Positions 39,173 through 49,036 of a stretch of DNA of 64,000 nucleotides are shown piece by piece. Below the pieces are notes generated by a model. That model ran no database searches and had not been told where the DNA came from. It was given only the letters and a program-made list of their open reading frames with translations. This DNA is from Calditrichaceae bacterium (GTDB lineage Bacteria; Calditrichota; Calditrichia; Calditrichales; JBFXGD01). A program made the translations under genes and the position numbers. Location: NCBI GenBank assembly GCA_050173015.1, contig JBFXLE010000002.1, forward strand, positions 32,001-96,000. Reading direction: 5' to 3'. The stretch's first letter is position 1. The number at the start of each line of letters is the position of its first letter.

Positions 39173-40465
39173 ATGTTCTATTCACTTTCTAGATTCCTCA
39201 AGTCACCCTACGCCACTAATCTGACTGCTACAGATCTGGATGACCTGAGGTATTTAACAAAGATATTTCCTTTCAAAGTCAGTACGTATGTTCTTAAAGA
39301 ACTGATTGACTGGTCAAACTGGAAGGATGATCCGATATACCGTTTAGTGTTTCCAAGAAAAGAAATGTTAACACGGGAAAACTGGGAACTGCTTAAAAAC
39401 GCCGGAAATCTAACAGAAGAAAAAGAAATAATCAGAAAAATACGCCATCATTTGAATCCGCATCCCGATGGACAAAAGGACAATATCCCTTCGATAGGAG
39501 ACCGATCATTTGGCGGTATTCAGCATAAGTATAAAGAAACTGTTTTATTCTTTCCCGCGCAGGGGCAAACCTGCCATTCGTATTGTACCTACTGTTTTCG
39601 ATGGGCGCAATTTGTAAATCTCGATGAACATAAATTCAGATCAAAAGAACATAACGATCTTTTTGATTATCTTTCCGCCAATAAAGGGGTTACGGATATT
39701 CTATTTACAGGTGGTGATCCACTCTATATGACCAATGAGACTCTGTTCAGCTATCTTGATATCATCATGATGCCGGAACTTGAGCACATACGGAATATCC
39801 GTATCGGATCGAAAGCCATGGCCTTTCATCCTTCACGTTTTCTTGGTGATGAAGGTGATGATCTTATGGAAAAATTTGATCTCATAAAAAGAGGTGGAAA
39901 GAATGTTACTCTGATGGCTCATTTTAGTCATCCCAGAGAACTGAGTACCGAGAGAGTCGCTAAAGCGGCAAGAAGGTTGAAATCAGCGGGTGTTACGATA
40001 AGAACGCAGGCGCCGTTGATAAGAAATATAAACGACAACTCCGAAATTTGGCGGGAGATGTGGAACAAACAGGTGAGCATGGGGATGATTCCTTATTATA
40101 TGTTTATTGAAAGGGATACCGGCGCTCATAATTATTTCTCGGTACCGCTGTACAGGGCATATGAAATCTTTACCGAGGCTTATTCACAGGTGTCCGGTCT
40201 TGCCAAAACGGTACGCGGACCATCAATGTCCGCTCATCCGGGCAAAATACTGGTTGATGGAATCGCTGATGTGAACGGCGAAAAGAAATTTATACTCAAG
40301 TTCATACAGGCAAGAAATCCAAAAATGATCAATAGACCATTTTTTGCCAAATATGACGAGAAAGCTACCTGGCTTAATGAGTTAACTATTGAAGCTCCTC
40401 TTCAATTTTCAGCTAGCGGAATGATTGATCATGAGGAAGATATTGAAGCTAATGGAGTAGCCTGA
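39173..40465 (+). CDS. KamA-family radical SAM aminomutase-like protein
   Basis: HKYKETVL, CHSYCTYC (CxxxCxxC), FTGGDPL, HFSHPREL, PYYMF, HPGK. Confidence 0.88.
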   Translation: MFYSLSRFLKSPYATNLTATDLDDLRYLTKIFPFKVSTYVLKELIDWSNWKDDPIYRLVFPRKEMLTRENWELLKNAGNLTEEKEIIRKIRHHLNPHPDGQKDNIPSIGDRSFGGIQHKYKETVLFFPAQGQTCHSYCTYCFRWAQFVNLDEHKFRSKEHNDLFDYLSANKGVTDILFTGGDPLYMTNETLFSYLDIIMMPELEHIRNIRIGSKAMAFHPSRFLGDEGDDLMEKFDLIKRGGKNVTLMAHFSHPRELSTERVAKAARRLKSAGVTIRTQAPLIRNINDNSEIWREMWNKQVSMGMIPYYMFIERDTGAHNYFSVPLYRAYEIFTEAYSQVSGLAKTVRGPSMSAHPGKILVDGIADVNGEKKFILKFIQARNPKMINRPFFAKYDEKATWLNELTIEAPLQFSASGMIDHEEDIEANGVA

Positions 40466-40695
40466 TATCTTTGATTAATTTTGAAATGGGTTGTCTAAAT
40501 TTTTTGAGATCAAATTATTTAGACTTCCTGTTTTCTTAATAATTCTTCAATAATTTCATTCTTATTTACCGATCATACAAATACCTCAAATATGTCCCCA
40601 CAAATATTATTATATATGCGTCGCCTTTTTTATAATATGATATAATCCGATTCATAAAATAAATCAAAAAAAATCATTTTTTTCTTTGATGATTC

Positions 40696-40722
40696 TGAAG
40701 TATTCCAAATATCTACCGATAT
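40696..40722 (+). promoter_or_regulatory. sigma28(FliA)-like promoter upstream of the pilus operon
   Basis: TGAAG-N14-ACCGATAT ending 41 nt before the pilB ATG. Confidence 0.45.
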
Positions 40723-40763
40723 AGGGTAAATGACAGATACGACTAGCAGAAAGTAGATTCCCG

Positions 40764-42938
40764 ATGAAAGTTCAAAACACAAATAATTTTAAGGATAAAT
40801 GGCTTGTCGATGCTTTGCTCTATTATCAGATTATTGAGCCGGAATTTTATGATGAGTTGGTCCAGCGTAATCCTGAAGAGTCGTACATATCTGATGTTTT
40901 AATCAGTAATAATTTTTTGAACGCGGAAGAACTTTCCCTGTTTCTGGAAAAGGCTCTCAAGATACATACATTGAATCTAGATCAGGTTGATATAGACCCG
41001 GATATTATCAAACTTATTCCGGAAGATGTTTGCAGAAAACATTTCCTGGTCCCGCTGCAGATGAACCGCAAACATGTGGCCATCGCTTCGTTTAATCCTT
41101 CTGATCTTGACGCGGAGAAGGAAATAGAGTACCTGACCGGTAAATATGTGAAAACATATTTCGCTTTTAGAGAGCAGATTCTTGAAAAGATAAACCGCTT
41201 CTATTCACCTGAAAAATTTATTGATTCGTTTGTGGACAATAACAAAGAAAAAGCCAATGTCAGGATTTTCGGTGAAAAAGTATCAAATTCGGATTCACCG
41301 GTTATAAAAATGGTAAATCAGATTTTGTCAGAAGCGGTAAGGGAAGAGGCAAGTGATATCCATGTTGAGCCGAAAGAAGAGGATGTTGTTGTTAGATTGC
41401 GCATAGATGGTGTGTTGAGAAATTTACTGGAAATACCGCGTTCTCTGCATGCTCAGCTTATCAGCCGTATAAAAATTATATCAAATCTGGATATCGCCGA
41501 GACAAGAAAACCGCAGGATGGTAAATCAAGAATAAAAGTTGATAATGCAGAAATTGATCTTCGGGTTTCGATACTACCCACAAATTTTGGTGAAAAAGTA
41601 GTTATCCGCCTCCTGGACAAAAGAAAAACGGCCATGTCGTTTGAAAAACTTGGTATTCACGGATATAACCGCGATCGTCTGGAAGATTGTTTCGGATTTA
41701 AACAGGGAATGGTCCTGGTGACGGGTCCGACAGGCTCGGGTAAAAGTACTACATTGTATGCCGCGATTAACAGGCTCCGCTCAACTACCAATAATATTCT
41801 GACCATCGAAGATCCGATCGAATATATGCTGGACGGGATTAATCAGGTACAGGTAAACGAGAAAGCCGGAATCACCTTCGCGACCGCGTTAAGATCATTT
41901 TTGAGACAAGATCCTGATGTGATTCTTGTCGGTGAAATCAGGGACAGGGAGACCGCCGAAACATCTATTCAGGCGGCCTTAACCGGACATTTAGTGCTGA
42001 GCAGTCTTCACACAAACGATACATTTACCACTATTACCCGTCTAAAAGATATTGGAATCGATAAATTCAAAATCACAGAATCATTGGGCGGGATCATCGC
42101 GCAGCGTCTTGTGAGAAAATTGTGCACTCATTGCAAAGTTGAAGTGAAGCCGGAAAATGTTGATCCTAAACTCACATATTTGATTGATCAACTCGGATAT
42201 GACACGCATTTTTATGAAGCGAAAGGTTGCGCCAGGTGCGGTTTTAACGGATATAAGGGGCGTATCGGAGTCTACGAAATTCTGATTTTAAATGATAAGC
42301 TGAAAGAGATGATCTCAAGTGATGCTCCAATACAGAGTATTCGTAAAGCTGCCAGAGATGATGGATTCAGGAATCTTTTTGAAGACGCTTTATCCCTGAT
42401 TGCCGGCGGGATCACAGATTATAAAGAGATATTAAGGGTGGTTAATCCGGGATCAGATCATTTGGAAGGACGTGCAGCAAGCACTGCTGAAACAGATGAC
42501 AGTCCGGATGAGACAGTTAAAATAACAGAAAAAGAAAGCACTAATAAAACTATAAAAGTTAAAAAAACCGCTAAAAATATACTCGTTGTCGAAGACACAC
42601 GGGTTACCAGAATGATGATCAAAGGGATAATCGAGAAAAAGACAAAATGGACTGTTTCTGAAGCGGAGGATGGTGCTGTCGCTCTCAAAAATATACAACA
42701 GAGTCCCCCGGATCTGATTTTACTGGATATAATGATGCCAAACATGGACGGATATGAATTTTTGCAGCATCTTCGGTCGGATGAAAAGACTGCCCGTATT
42801 CCCGTACTCATGCTGACGGCGTTAAAGACACCGGAAAATGAAATAAAAGTATTAGAACTTGGAGCTGATGATTTTCTGACAAAACCCATCAATCCTGATG
42901 TTTTAATAGCGCGGATTAAACGCAAATTAGATGACTGA
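40764..42938 (+). CDS. pilB: Type IV pilus assembly ATPase (PilB/MshE/GspE) with C-terminal receiver domain
   Basis: ASDIHVEP, RIDGVL, GPTGSGKSTT, TIEDPIEY, LRQDPD, GHLVLSSLH, CTHC/CARC zinc site; C-terminal REC (VED, LLDIMMP, LTA, TKP). Confidence 0.94.
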   Translation: MKVQNTNNFKDKWLVDALLYYQIIEPEFYDELVQRNPEESYISDVLISNNFLNAEELSLFLEKALKIHTLNLDQVDIDPDIIKLIPEDVCRKHFLVPLQMNRKHVAIASFNPSDLDAEKEIEYLTGKYVKTYFAFREQILEKINRFYSPEKFIDSFVDNNKEKANVRIFGEKVSNSDSPVIKMVNQILSEAVREEASDIHVEPKEEDVVVRLRIDGVLRNLLEIPRSLHAQLISRIKIISNLDIAETRKPQDGKSRIKVDNAEIDLRVSILPTNFGEKVVIRLLDKRKTAMSFEKLGIHGYNRDRLEDCFGFKQGMVLVTGPTGSGKSTTLYAAINRLRSTTNNILTIEDPIEYMLDGINQVQVNEKAGITFATALRSFLRQDPDVILVGEIRDRETAETSIQAALTGHLVLSSLHTNDTFTTITRLKDIGIDKFKITESLGGIIAQRLVRKLCTHCKVEVKPENVDPKLTYLIDQLGYDTHFYEAKGCARCGFNGYKGRIGVYEILILNDKLKEMISSDAPIQSIRKAARDDGFRNLFEDALSLIAGGITDYKEILRVVNPGSDHLEGRAASTAETDDSPDETVKITEKESTNKTIKVKKTAKNILVVEDTRVTRMMIKGIIEKKTKWTVSEAEDGAVALKNIQQSPPDLILLDIMMPNMDGYEFLQHLRSDEKTARIPVLMLTALKTPENEIKVLELGADDFLTKPINPDVLIARIKRKLDD

Positions 42939-42983
42939 CACAAGTAATTTCACTATCTCAACTAAATATGCGACAATGACAGA

Positions 42984-43751
42984 ATGGGAATAATTTATAT
43001 ATTTTTATTTATTGCGGGTGCTTCCATCGGGAGCTTTATCAACGTTTGCATTTACCGCATCCCTCAAAATTTTTCTATAGTACGTCCCGGTTCTTACTGT
43101 CCGGAATGCAAATCGGAGATCGCCTTTTATCATAATATACCGTTGATCTCATATTTGCTTCTTCGCGGCAAATGCGTTTCGTGTGGCGTATCGATTTCAT
43201 TACGGTACCCTATAATAGAGCTACTAACCGGTATAATAACTATTTTTACATATTATAAATTTGGATTCAGTTATGAATTTCTATTCTATCTGAATTTTAT
43301 TTATTTCGCCATACTGATCGCGGTAATAGATTATTATACACAAAAAATCTATAATTCAGTTATCGCGGCGTTGTTGTTTTCGGGTATTCTGCTAAATCTG
43401 GCTTTTCCGGTAATCGACTGGAGTTTAGCATTATTCGGGATATTCGCCGGCGGAAGTGTTATGTTTCTTATTGCCATACTTGGAAAGGTGCTTTTTAAAA
43501 AGGAGAGTATGGGGATGGGAGATGTGAAATTTTCCGCGGCTGCCGGATTTTTTCTTGGATGGAAGATGGTCCTGATTTCTATTTACTTTGGATTCATTCT
43601 TGCCTTGCTGGCTATCATAATACTCAAAATCGGAAATAAAATTAAAAGCGGCAACTATATACCATTCGGACCATTCATCGCCGCCGGACTGATTATTTTT
43701 GTGTTTTTTGGAAATACGATTATCGGACTCTATTTGCGACTGGTACTATAG
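42984..43751 (+). CDS. pilD: Prepilin peptidase/N-methyltransferase
   Basis: GSFINVCIYRIP, CPEC/CVSC, MGMGDVK, IPFGPF. Confidence 0.95.
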   Translation: MGIIYIFLFIAGASIGSFINVCIYRIPQNFSIVRPGSYCPECKSEIAFYHNIPLISYLLLRGKCVSCGVSISLRYPIIELLTGIITIFTYYKFGFSYEFLFYLNFIYFAILIAVIDYYTQKIYNSVIAALLFSGILLNLAFPVIDWSLALFGIFAGGSVMFLIAILGKVLFKKESMGMGDVKFSAAAGFFLGWKMVLISIYFGFILALLAIIILKIGNKIKSGNYIPFGPFIAAGLIIFVFFGNTIIGLYLRLVL

Positions 43752-43769
43752 AAAGAACCCGGAAGAAAA

Positions 43770-44969
43770 ATGCCAAATTTTAAATATAAAGCGATGAATC
43801 ATGATGGCCGGCAGATTGAGAATATTATTCAGGCCGCTGATGAGAATGATGCCATCCGGCAACTTCAGAAACAGAATTTAATCCCTGTCGCCGTGCGTTT
43901 GGAAAAAACGGTTACAAAAAAGACCTCCAAAAAAATCAAGATAAAAAACGCGACCATCCTCTTATTTACAGAACAGCTTTATACTTTGCTGAAAGCCGGT
44001 ATTCCAATTGTCAGCAGTTTAAATGTAATACGAAGGCAAAGTCCGGATCCCGATTATCAGGGGATGATCGATGAAATCATCTCTGATATTAATGAGGGAA
44101 GCAGCTTTTCGGCTGCGCTGGATAAATTTAGCGGTGTTTTTTCGCGTATTTATGTGAACTCTGTTAAAGTTGGTGAGATAAGCGGCGCCCTGGAAGATAC
44201 GCTTTTGTATCTTCATAAATTTCTGGAGCAGGAAGGCCGAATTCGTGAGGAAATAACGAAAGCCGTCAGATATCCCATAATGGTTCTAATGGGTTTGGTC
44301 GGGGCATTTATTATCACCATGACAACAGTAATTCCAAATTTCATCCCGCTTTTTGAAAGAAGTCAGCATGAGCTTCCGCTTCCAACAAGAATATTAATTG
44401 GAATCAATACATTGTTTACCGACTACGGATTGCTGACTCTCACTGTTGTTGTTTTACTGGGTGTAGGGTTTTATTTTTACGCGAAGACAGAGGGTGGCCG
44501 CTACAATAAAAGTAAATTAGCATTAAATGTACCGGTCTTCGGCAGATTACTGAGACATTATTATCACTCGAGATTCGCCAGGCTGTTTCTAACAATGAAC
44601 AGGACGGGAATTCCAATTCTCAGGTCTTTCGAGATGATTCAGGAAACACTTGAGAATGAAGTTTACCGTAAAGTATTAAGAAAAGTGACCGATAGTATCG
44701 TCAGGGGTGAAGAAATAGCCCGAGCCCTGGGGAAAAGCGCTTATTTTGATGTCCTTTTAATCGAGATGGTATCAATAGGAGAAAAATCCGGATCACTGGA
44801 TCAAATGCTCCAAAGTGCGTCACAATATTATGATAATGAAGTATCAAAAACAGTCGGGAATCTGACATCTTTAATAGAACCTATAGTCACTCTGGTTCTC
44901 GGAATTATGGTACTGATCCTGGCGCTGGCAATATTTTTGCCGATGTGGGATCTCATGGATGTGTTCTAA
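43770..44969 (+). CDS. pilC: Pilus platform protein (PilC/MshG/GspF)
   Basis: GEISGAL, AVRYP, LPLPT, GEKSGSLD, LIEP, AIFLPM. Confidence 0.94.
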   Translation: MPNFKYKAMNHDGRQIENIIQAADENDAIRQLQKQNLIPVAVRLEKTVTKKTSKKIKIKNATILLFTEQLYTLLKAGIPIVSSLNVIRRQSPDPDYQGMIDEIISDINEGSSFSAALDKFSGVFSRIYVNSVKVGEISGALEDTLLYLHKFLEQEGRIREEITKAVRYPIMVLMGLVGAFIITMTTVIPNFIPLFERSQHELPLPTRILIGINTLFTDYGLLTLTVVVLLGVGFYFYAKTEGGRYNKSKLALNVPVFGRLLRHYYHSRFARLFLTMNRTGIPILRSFEMIQETLENEVYRKVLRKVTDSIVRGEEIARALGKSAYFDVLLIEMVSIGEKSGSLDQMLQSASQYYDNEVSKTVGNLTSLIEPIVTLVLGIMVLILALAIFLPMWDLMDVF

Positions 44970-45011
44970 TTACGTTTAAATAACCTTCAAAAAAGAAAAG
45001 GGAGGATTCTT

Positions 45012-45365
45012 ATGAATCTAAAATCTAATCAAAGCGGTTTTACATTGATGGAATTGGTAATCGTCATTGTGATTCTCGGAATTCTGGCTGCGGTAGCAGT
45101 TCCAAAATATTTTGATTTATCATCACAGGCTCAAACAGCTGCCCGTGAAGCAAACATCAGCGCCATTGAAGCGGCAATTATGATGAAGTTCGCGGAAGAT
45201 TTGGTGAACGATCCGACAACCACGCTTCAAAGCGTTGTTACGACCTATGCAGACGATCTTAGCCCATTGTTCTCAAACGGTGAAGCGCCGGTTGATCCGA
45301 TTACCGGGGGAGCGTATACCGTAACGTATGTGGCGGCAACCGGAACGATTTCTGTCACCCCATAA
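45012..45365 (+). CDS. Major type IV pilin, MshA-like
   Basis: G|FTLMELVIVIVILGILAAVAVPKYFDLSSQA; strong RBS GGGAGG. Confidence 0.9.
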   Translation: MNLKSNQSGFTLMELVIVIVILGILAAVAVPKYFDLSSQAQTAAREANISAIEAAIMMKFAEDLVNDPTTTLQSVVTTYADDLSPLFSNGEAPVDPITGGAYTVTYVAATGTISVTP

Positions 45366-45378
45366 GGGGAATAGATTG

Positions 45379-45780
45379 ATGCTGGATTATTTAAAAGAAG
45401 AGCAGGGCGCTTCCCTGATGGAATTGATTGTCATCATTGTCGTCATGGGTGTGATCCTGCCTTCTGTTTTTTTGATATTCAGCTCGGGTTCCGTGTTTCA
45501 TTCCCGTTATGAGGTACGAATACGTTGTAGTCAACTGGCTAATATGAGAACGGAAGAAATTCTTGCTTATAAATATGAGCATCCGGATTGGTATAAAAAC
45601 ATTGACAGCTATGCCGGAACAACAAAGACAGTTGATGATTATAGTGTAAAAACCGAGATAAGTTACATTTCAGGCTGGGGGAACGCGGGGCTTGAAGCAT
45701 ACGAGATTAAGATAACGGTATCCCACCAGCACTTACCCGATGGTTTAGTATTGATAACACGATTGACAAAGTATGCCTAA
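45379..45780 (+). CDS. Minor pilin (PilV/MshD-like)
   Basis: EQG|ASLMELIVIIVVMGVIL class III signal with Glu5; start reassigned to ATG 45379. Confidence 0.8.
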   Translation: MLDYLKEEQGASLMELIVIIVVMGVILPSVFLIFSSGSVFHSRYEVRIRCSQLANMRTEEILAYKYEHPDWYKNIDSYAGTTKTVDDYSVKTEISYISGWGNAGLEAYEIKITVSHQHLPDGLVLITRLTKYA

Positions 45781-46273
45781 AAAATTAAGAAACGAATCAA
45801 CCGCCGCATTCCATAATCAGCGGGGCGCAACACTGATAGAGTTGGTTCTGGTTTTGAGCATTTTAGGAATCATCACCTCCATCACGGGTGGAATTTTGCA
45901 TACGCAATCACGAATATTTGTGAAAATTTATGAACGATCAACCATGCTTTCCGATATGCACAAAGTGATGAATCAGGTTATTTCTGAAATTCAGGAAATC
46001 TCACCGGACAATATTTCTAAAATGAAGGATAATCAGTTAATATTTACAGATATTGATGGCCTGTCGGTGGAATACAAACTGAAAAATAATCAGATCACCA
46101 GGAATGGCTCTCTGATTCTCGATGGCGTTCAGGATGATCCGTTCGTGTATCTGGATGAATATGGAAATTCGGTAAATTCACCAGATGATTTAAAAATGAC
46201 GAAAATCATTCTTACCGTCCTGCAGAACGGGGAACTCTGCACTATGGAAGAAATAGCCTATGGCAGGAATTAA
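45773..46273 (+). CDS. Minor pilin (PilW/MshO-like)
   Basis: QRG|ATLIELVLVLSILGII. Confidence 0.8.
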   Translation: MPKKLRNESTAAFHNQRGATLIELVLVLSILGIITSITGGILHTQSRIFVKIYERSTMLSDMHKVMNQVISEIQEISPDNISKMKDNQLIFTDIDGLSVEYKLKNNQITRNGSLILDGVQDDPFVYLDEYGNSVNSPDDLKMTKIILTVLQNGELCTMEEIAYGRN

Positions 46274-47216
46274 TCTAAAATCCGAAGAGGGGATTTTACT
46301 TCCCGCGGTGATAGCAATTATCGCGTTTCTTACTGTGCTCGCAGGAATTATCTCCCTGTTGGTGTCCGCGGAAAATAAAATGCAAATAATTGATTCCGAA
46401 AGACAGAGAACATTATATGCAGCGCAATCCGGGCTGGAGTATAGTGTGAAACATATCTTAAAAACAGCGAATACGGGTAGCTGGAGTGAATATAATCTTG
46501 ATACCGGAACAGGAATAAGCTGTGATATTGAGGTCACAAGGATAAACAGTGATTCATTACGGATTATGGCCAGGGGAATTGGTTCGGTGACCATCAGAGA
46601 ATTGGAATTATTAATATTTGACATCGATTCCAGTGATGTTTCCCGATACTCAGTGTACGCGGCAGGGAATGTGAATAGTGTTGAAACCTCTGAAAATCCG
46701 GCATCACCATTTAATGACGGGCTTATTGTAAAAGACGCGACAGTTATGCCTGTTTTTGACCTTGATGAATTAAGGGCGATTGCTCAGACAAACGGAACGT
46801 ATTATTCCGGAGATCTGAAAATTGCCGGTACTTTTTCCGAGCCTTCAGGTTCGATAATTTTTGTGGAAGAGGACCTTGATCTTAATAAAGTACCTCACTG
46901 GACGAGTGAAGTTCATTTTGTTGTTTTGGGGGATATCGATATAGATCCCGAATTTAATAATGATTCCAGTGCTCCAATTACTCTTTATCAGCCGGATTCG
47001 AAATCCGATCTGAGTGTATCGAATCCTAAAGGTAAAAAAACATCCGATTGTTATATTACAGGCGGAATAATCACGTACGGCTCAGTTGACGGTTCTTATA
47101 AAAAGAACGATATGGTGATCTATCGGGATCAGGATGCCATGAGGGCATTTCTTTCGTATTCGCTCAACGAAGGCCCAATGGTATTATTAGGCAAAAGATG
47201 GAAGAGCACTATATAA
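46260..47216 (+). CDS. PilX/MshP-like minor pilin with large C-terminal beta domain
   Basis: EEG|ILLPAVIAII (no Glu5); 'RTLYAAQSGLEY' PilX N-terminal motif. Confidence 0.78.
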   Translation: MAGINLKSEEGILLPAVIAIIAFLTVLAGIISLLVSAENKMQIIDSERQRTLYAAQSGLEYSVKHILKTANTGSWSEYNLDTGTGISCDIEVTRINSDSLRIMARGIGSVTIRELELLIFDIDSSDVSRYSVYAAGNVNSVETSENPASPFNDGLIVKDATVMPVFDLDELRAIAQTNGTYYSGDLKIAGTFSEPSGSIIFVEEDLDLNKVPHWTSEVHFVVLGDIDIDPEFNNDSSAPITLYQPDSKSDLSVSNPKGKKTSDCYITGGIITYGSVDGSYKKNDMVIYRDQDAMRAFLSYSLNEGPMVLLGKRWKSTI

Positions 47217-47243
47217 TCATATTCAGGAATTAAGGAATTAAGA

Positions 47244-49025
47244 ATGGCAAAGTCCGGCCAAAACATGGCGGAAAAAGGAAATAACACTGTTTCGGGTATA
47301 CAGAAACCAGGAACATCCCCTGAAAAAAGAATCAGCAATAATAAAGGGCCTGTGACGAATGATGTCAATGATCAATTTCACGCGTCCCTGCCGTTTATTA
47401 AATTATTATCCGCCCAAAAATGTCTTGCTCTCGATATAGATATGGATAAGATCAGATTTATTATCGTTAATAAATCCGGAGATTCCATAGACGTCAGAAA
47501 ATGGGGCGTACAGACCTTCCCATCGGATGAAGCCAATCGTTTCCGCGCCATGCAAAAAGCTCTTGAATTTATAAAAAACCATTTTTATAAATCCGGAATG
47601 GATGTGCATGCAAGTATCTTTAGCCCGGAACAAAATATCCGACAGGTCATTCTGCCAAAAATGAAAAAGAAATCGGACCTTGACAAGGCGATTTTTTATA
47701 AAAACAGAAGTGAGATTCAAAATTTTGATGAAAACTCATCCTGGTCGTATGATGTCCTGCAGGAGTTTAAAGAGGATGGAATAGATAAACTTCGTGTTCA
47801 GATACTGGTCGTTCCGGGAAGCATTATTGCAAGCTATTTGAGTGTATTTGAAAAAACCGGTCTTGAGGTTAAAACGTTAATCCCCAGACCGATGGCATTA
47901 CAGGAAGCTTATAACCGGATGCTGGATAAACCGGCAAGAGATCTTTTGATTGACGTTTCCTATGATTTTACTCAAATATTTTATCTAAATAACGGGCGTC
48001 TTGAGTATGTCCGGAATATGGGGATTGGCGCGCGGAATTTAGAAGCGACTATTAAAGATTCCGAAGCTGTTGAAAAAACCGATAGTCACAAATCTGTCCG
48101 GGATGAATTCGATGGGAAAGCGGGCGGCAGTCTTCTCCGAAACCGGTTAATTGGTAAAATTAACGATCTTGAAACCAAACAAAATCCGGTTTTACACGAA
48201 TTCTTTTCAGAAATATTGAGATTTATGGCTTTTTTGCAGGGCAGGGAAAACAAGCTGTATATCGATCGGATATTTGTCACCGGTTATGGTATTCGCAAGG
48301 AAAGTCTTATACCATATCTCCGGAGCAGGTTAAATATGCCCGTATTTGTTCTTGCTCCGCAGTTCGTTTCAAAAGTCCGGAAAACACTCGAGTACGGCGA
48401 ATTTTCATCGACCATCGGCGCGGCGCTTCAAACCGGGAAGCAATGCAATATGCTTCCTGCGGCCTATAAACGCCGAATGGCATTTATAAAATACAACTGG
48501 TTGCTCGCAGCCACATGTTTTGTCACTTTCTTTGCATTTTCATTTAACACGGTGGATCATTACAAAAAAAATCTGGATAAAAGGCAGATAGTCGAATCAT
48601 ATGAACTAAAATACTCAAAATACGATGAGTTTGAAAAACGATATAAAACGTACGCGGACAGGATAGCAAATATTAAGATAGAACAATCTGAACTTGCCGG
48701 GGTTGTGGAAAATTCCGCTCCGATTGTTCAGATTTTACAAATATTCAGTAATGAAACACCACCTGAGATACGATTACAAAAAATAGGCTTCAGGCATGTT
48801 GATTTGAAGAATAAAAAGTTATTGAAGGACAATCTGTCAAAATACAAATATCAGATTGATGTAACCGGTTATTTAAAAAAAACCGATTTGACAGATGATG
48901 TCGTATTAGTCAATTTTATCAATCATCTGAAGGATCTTAAATTTTTTAAAGATATTCAGATATCGAAAGTTGACAAGAACCGGGAAGACAATTTTACCGG
49001 ATTTGAATTTATAATTTATTATTAA
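47244..49025 (+). CDS. PilM-PilN fusion (alignment complex)
   Basis: Actin-like 'LALDID', 'LLIDVS', 'IFVTGYG', 'TIGAAL', then the PilN 'NMLP' motif, a TM helix, a coiled coil and a periplasmic domain. Confidence 0.8.
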   Translation: MAKSGQNMAEKGNNTVSGIQKPGTSPEKRISNNKGPVTNDVNDQFHASLPFIKLLSAQKCLALDIDMDKIRFIIVNKSGDSIDVRKWGVQTFPSDEANRFRAMQKALEFIKNHFYKSGMDVHASIFSPEQNIRQVILPKMKKKSDLDKAIFYKNRSEIQNFDENSSWSYDVLQEFKEDGIDKLRVQILVVPGSIIASYLSVFEKTGLEVKTLIPRPMALQEAYNRMLDKPARDLLIDVSYDFTQIFYLNNGRLEYVRNMGIGARNLEATIKDSEAVEKTDSHKSVRDEFDGKAGGSLLRNRLIGKINDLETKQNPVLHEFFSEILRFMAFLQGRENKLYIDRIFVTGYGIRKESLIPYLRSRLNMPVFVLAPQFVSKVRKTLEYGEFSSTIGAALQTGKQCNMLPAAYKRRMAFIKYNWLLAATCFVTFFAFSFNTVDHYKKNLDKRQIVESYELKYSKYDEFEKRYKTYADRIANIKIEQSELAGVVENSAPIVQILQIFSNETPPEIRLQKIGFRHVDLKNKKLLKDNLSKYKYQIDVTGYLKKTDLTDDVVLVNFINHLKDLKFFKDIQISKVDKNREDNFTGFEFIIYY

Positions 49026-49036
49026 ATGAGCAGGCT

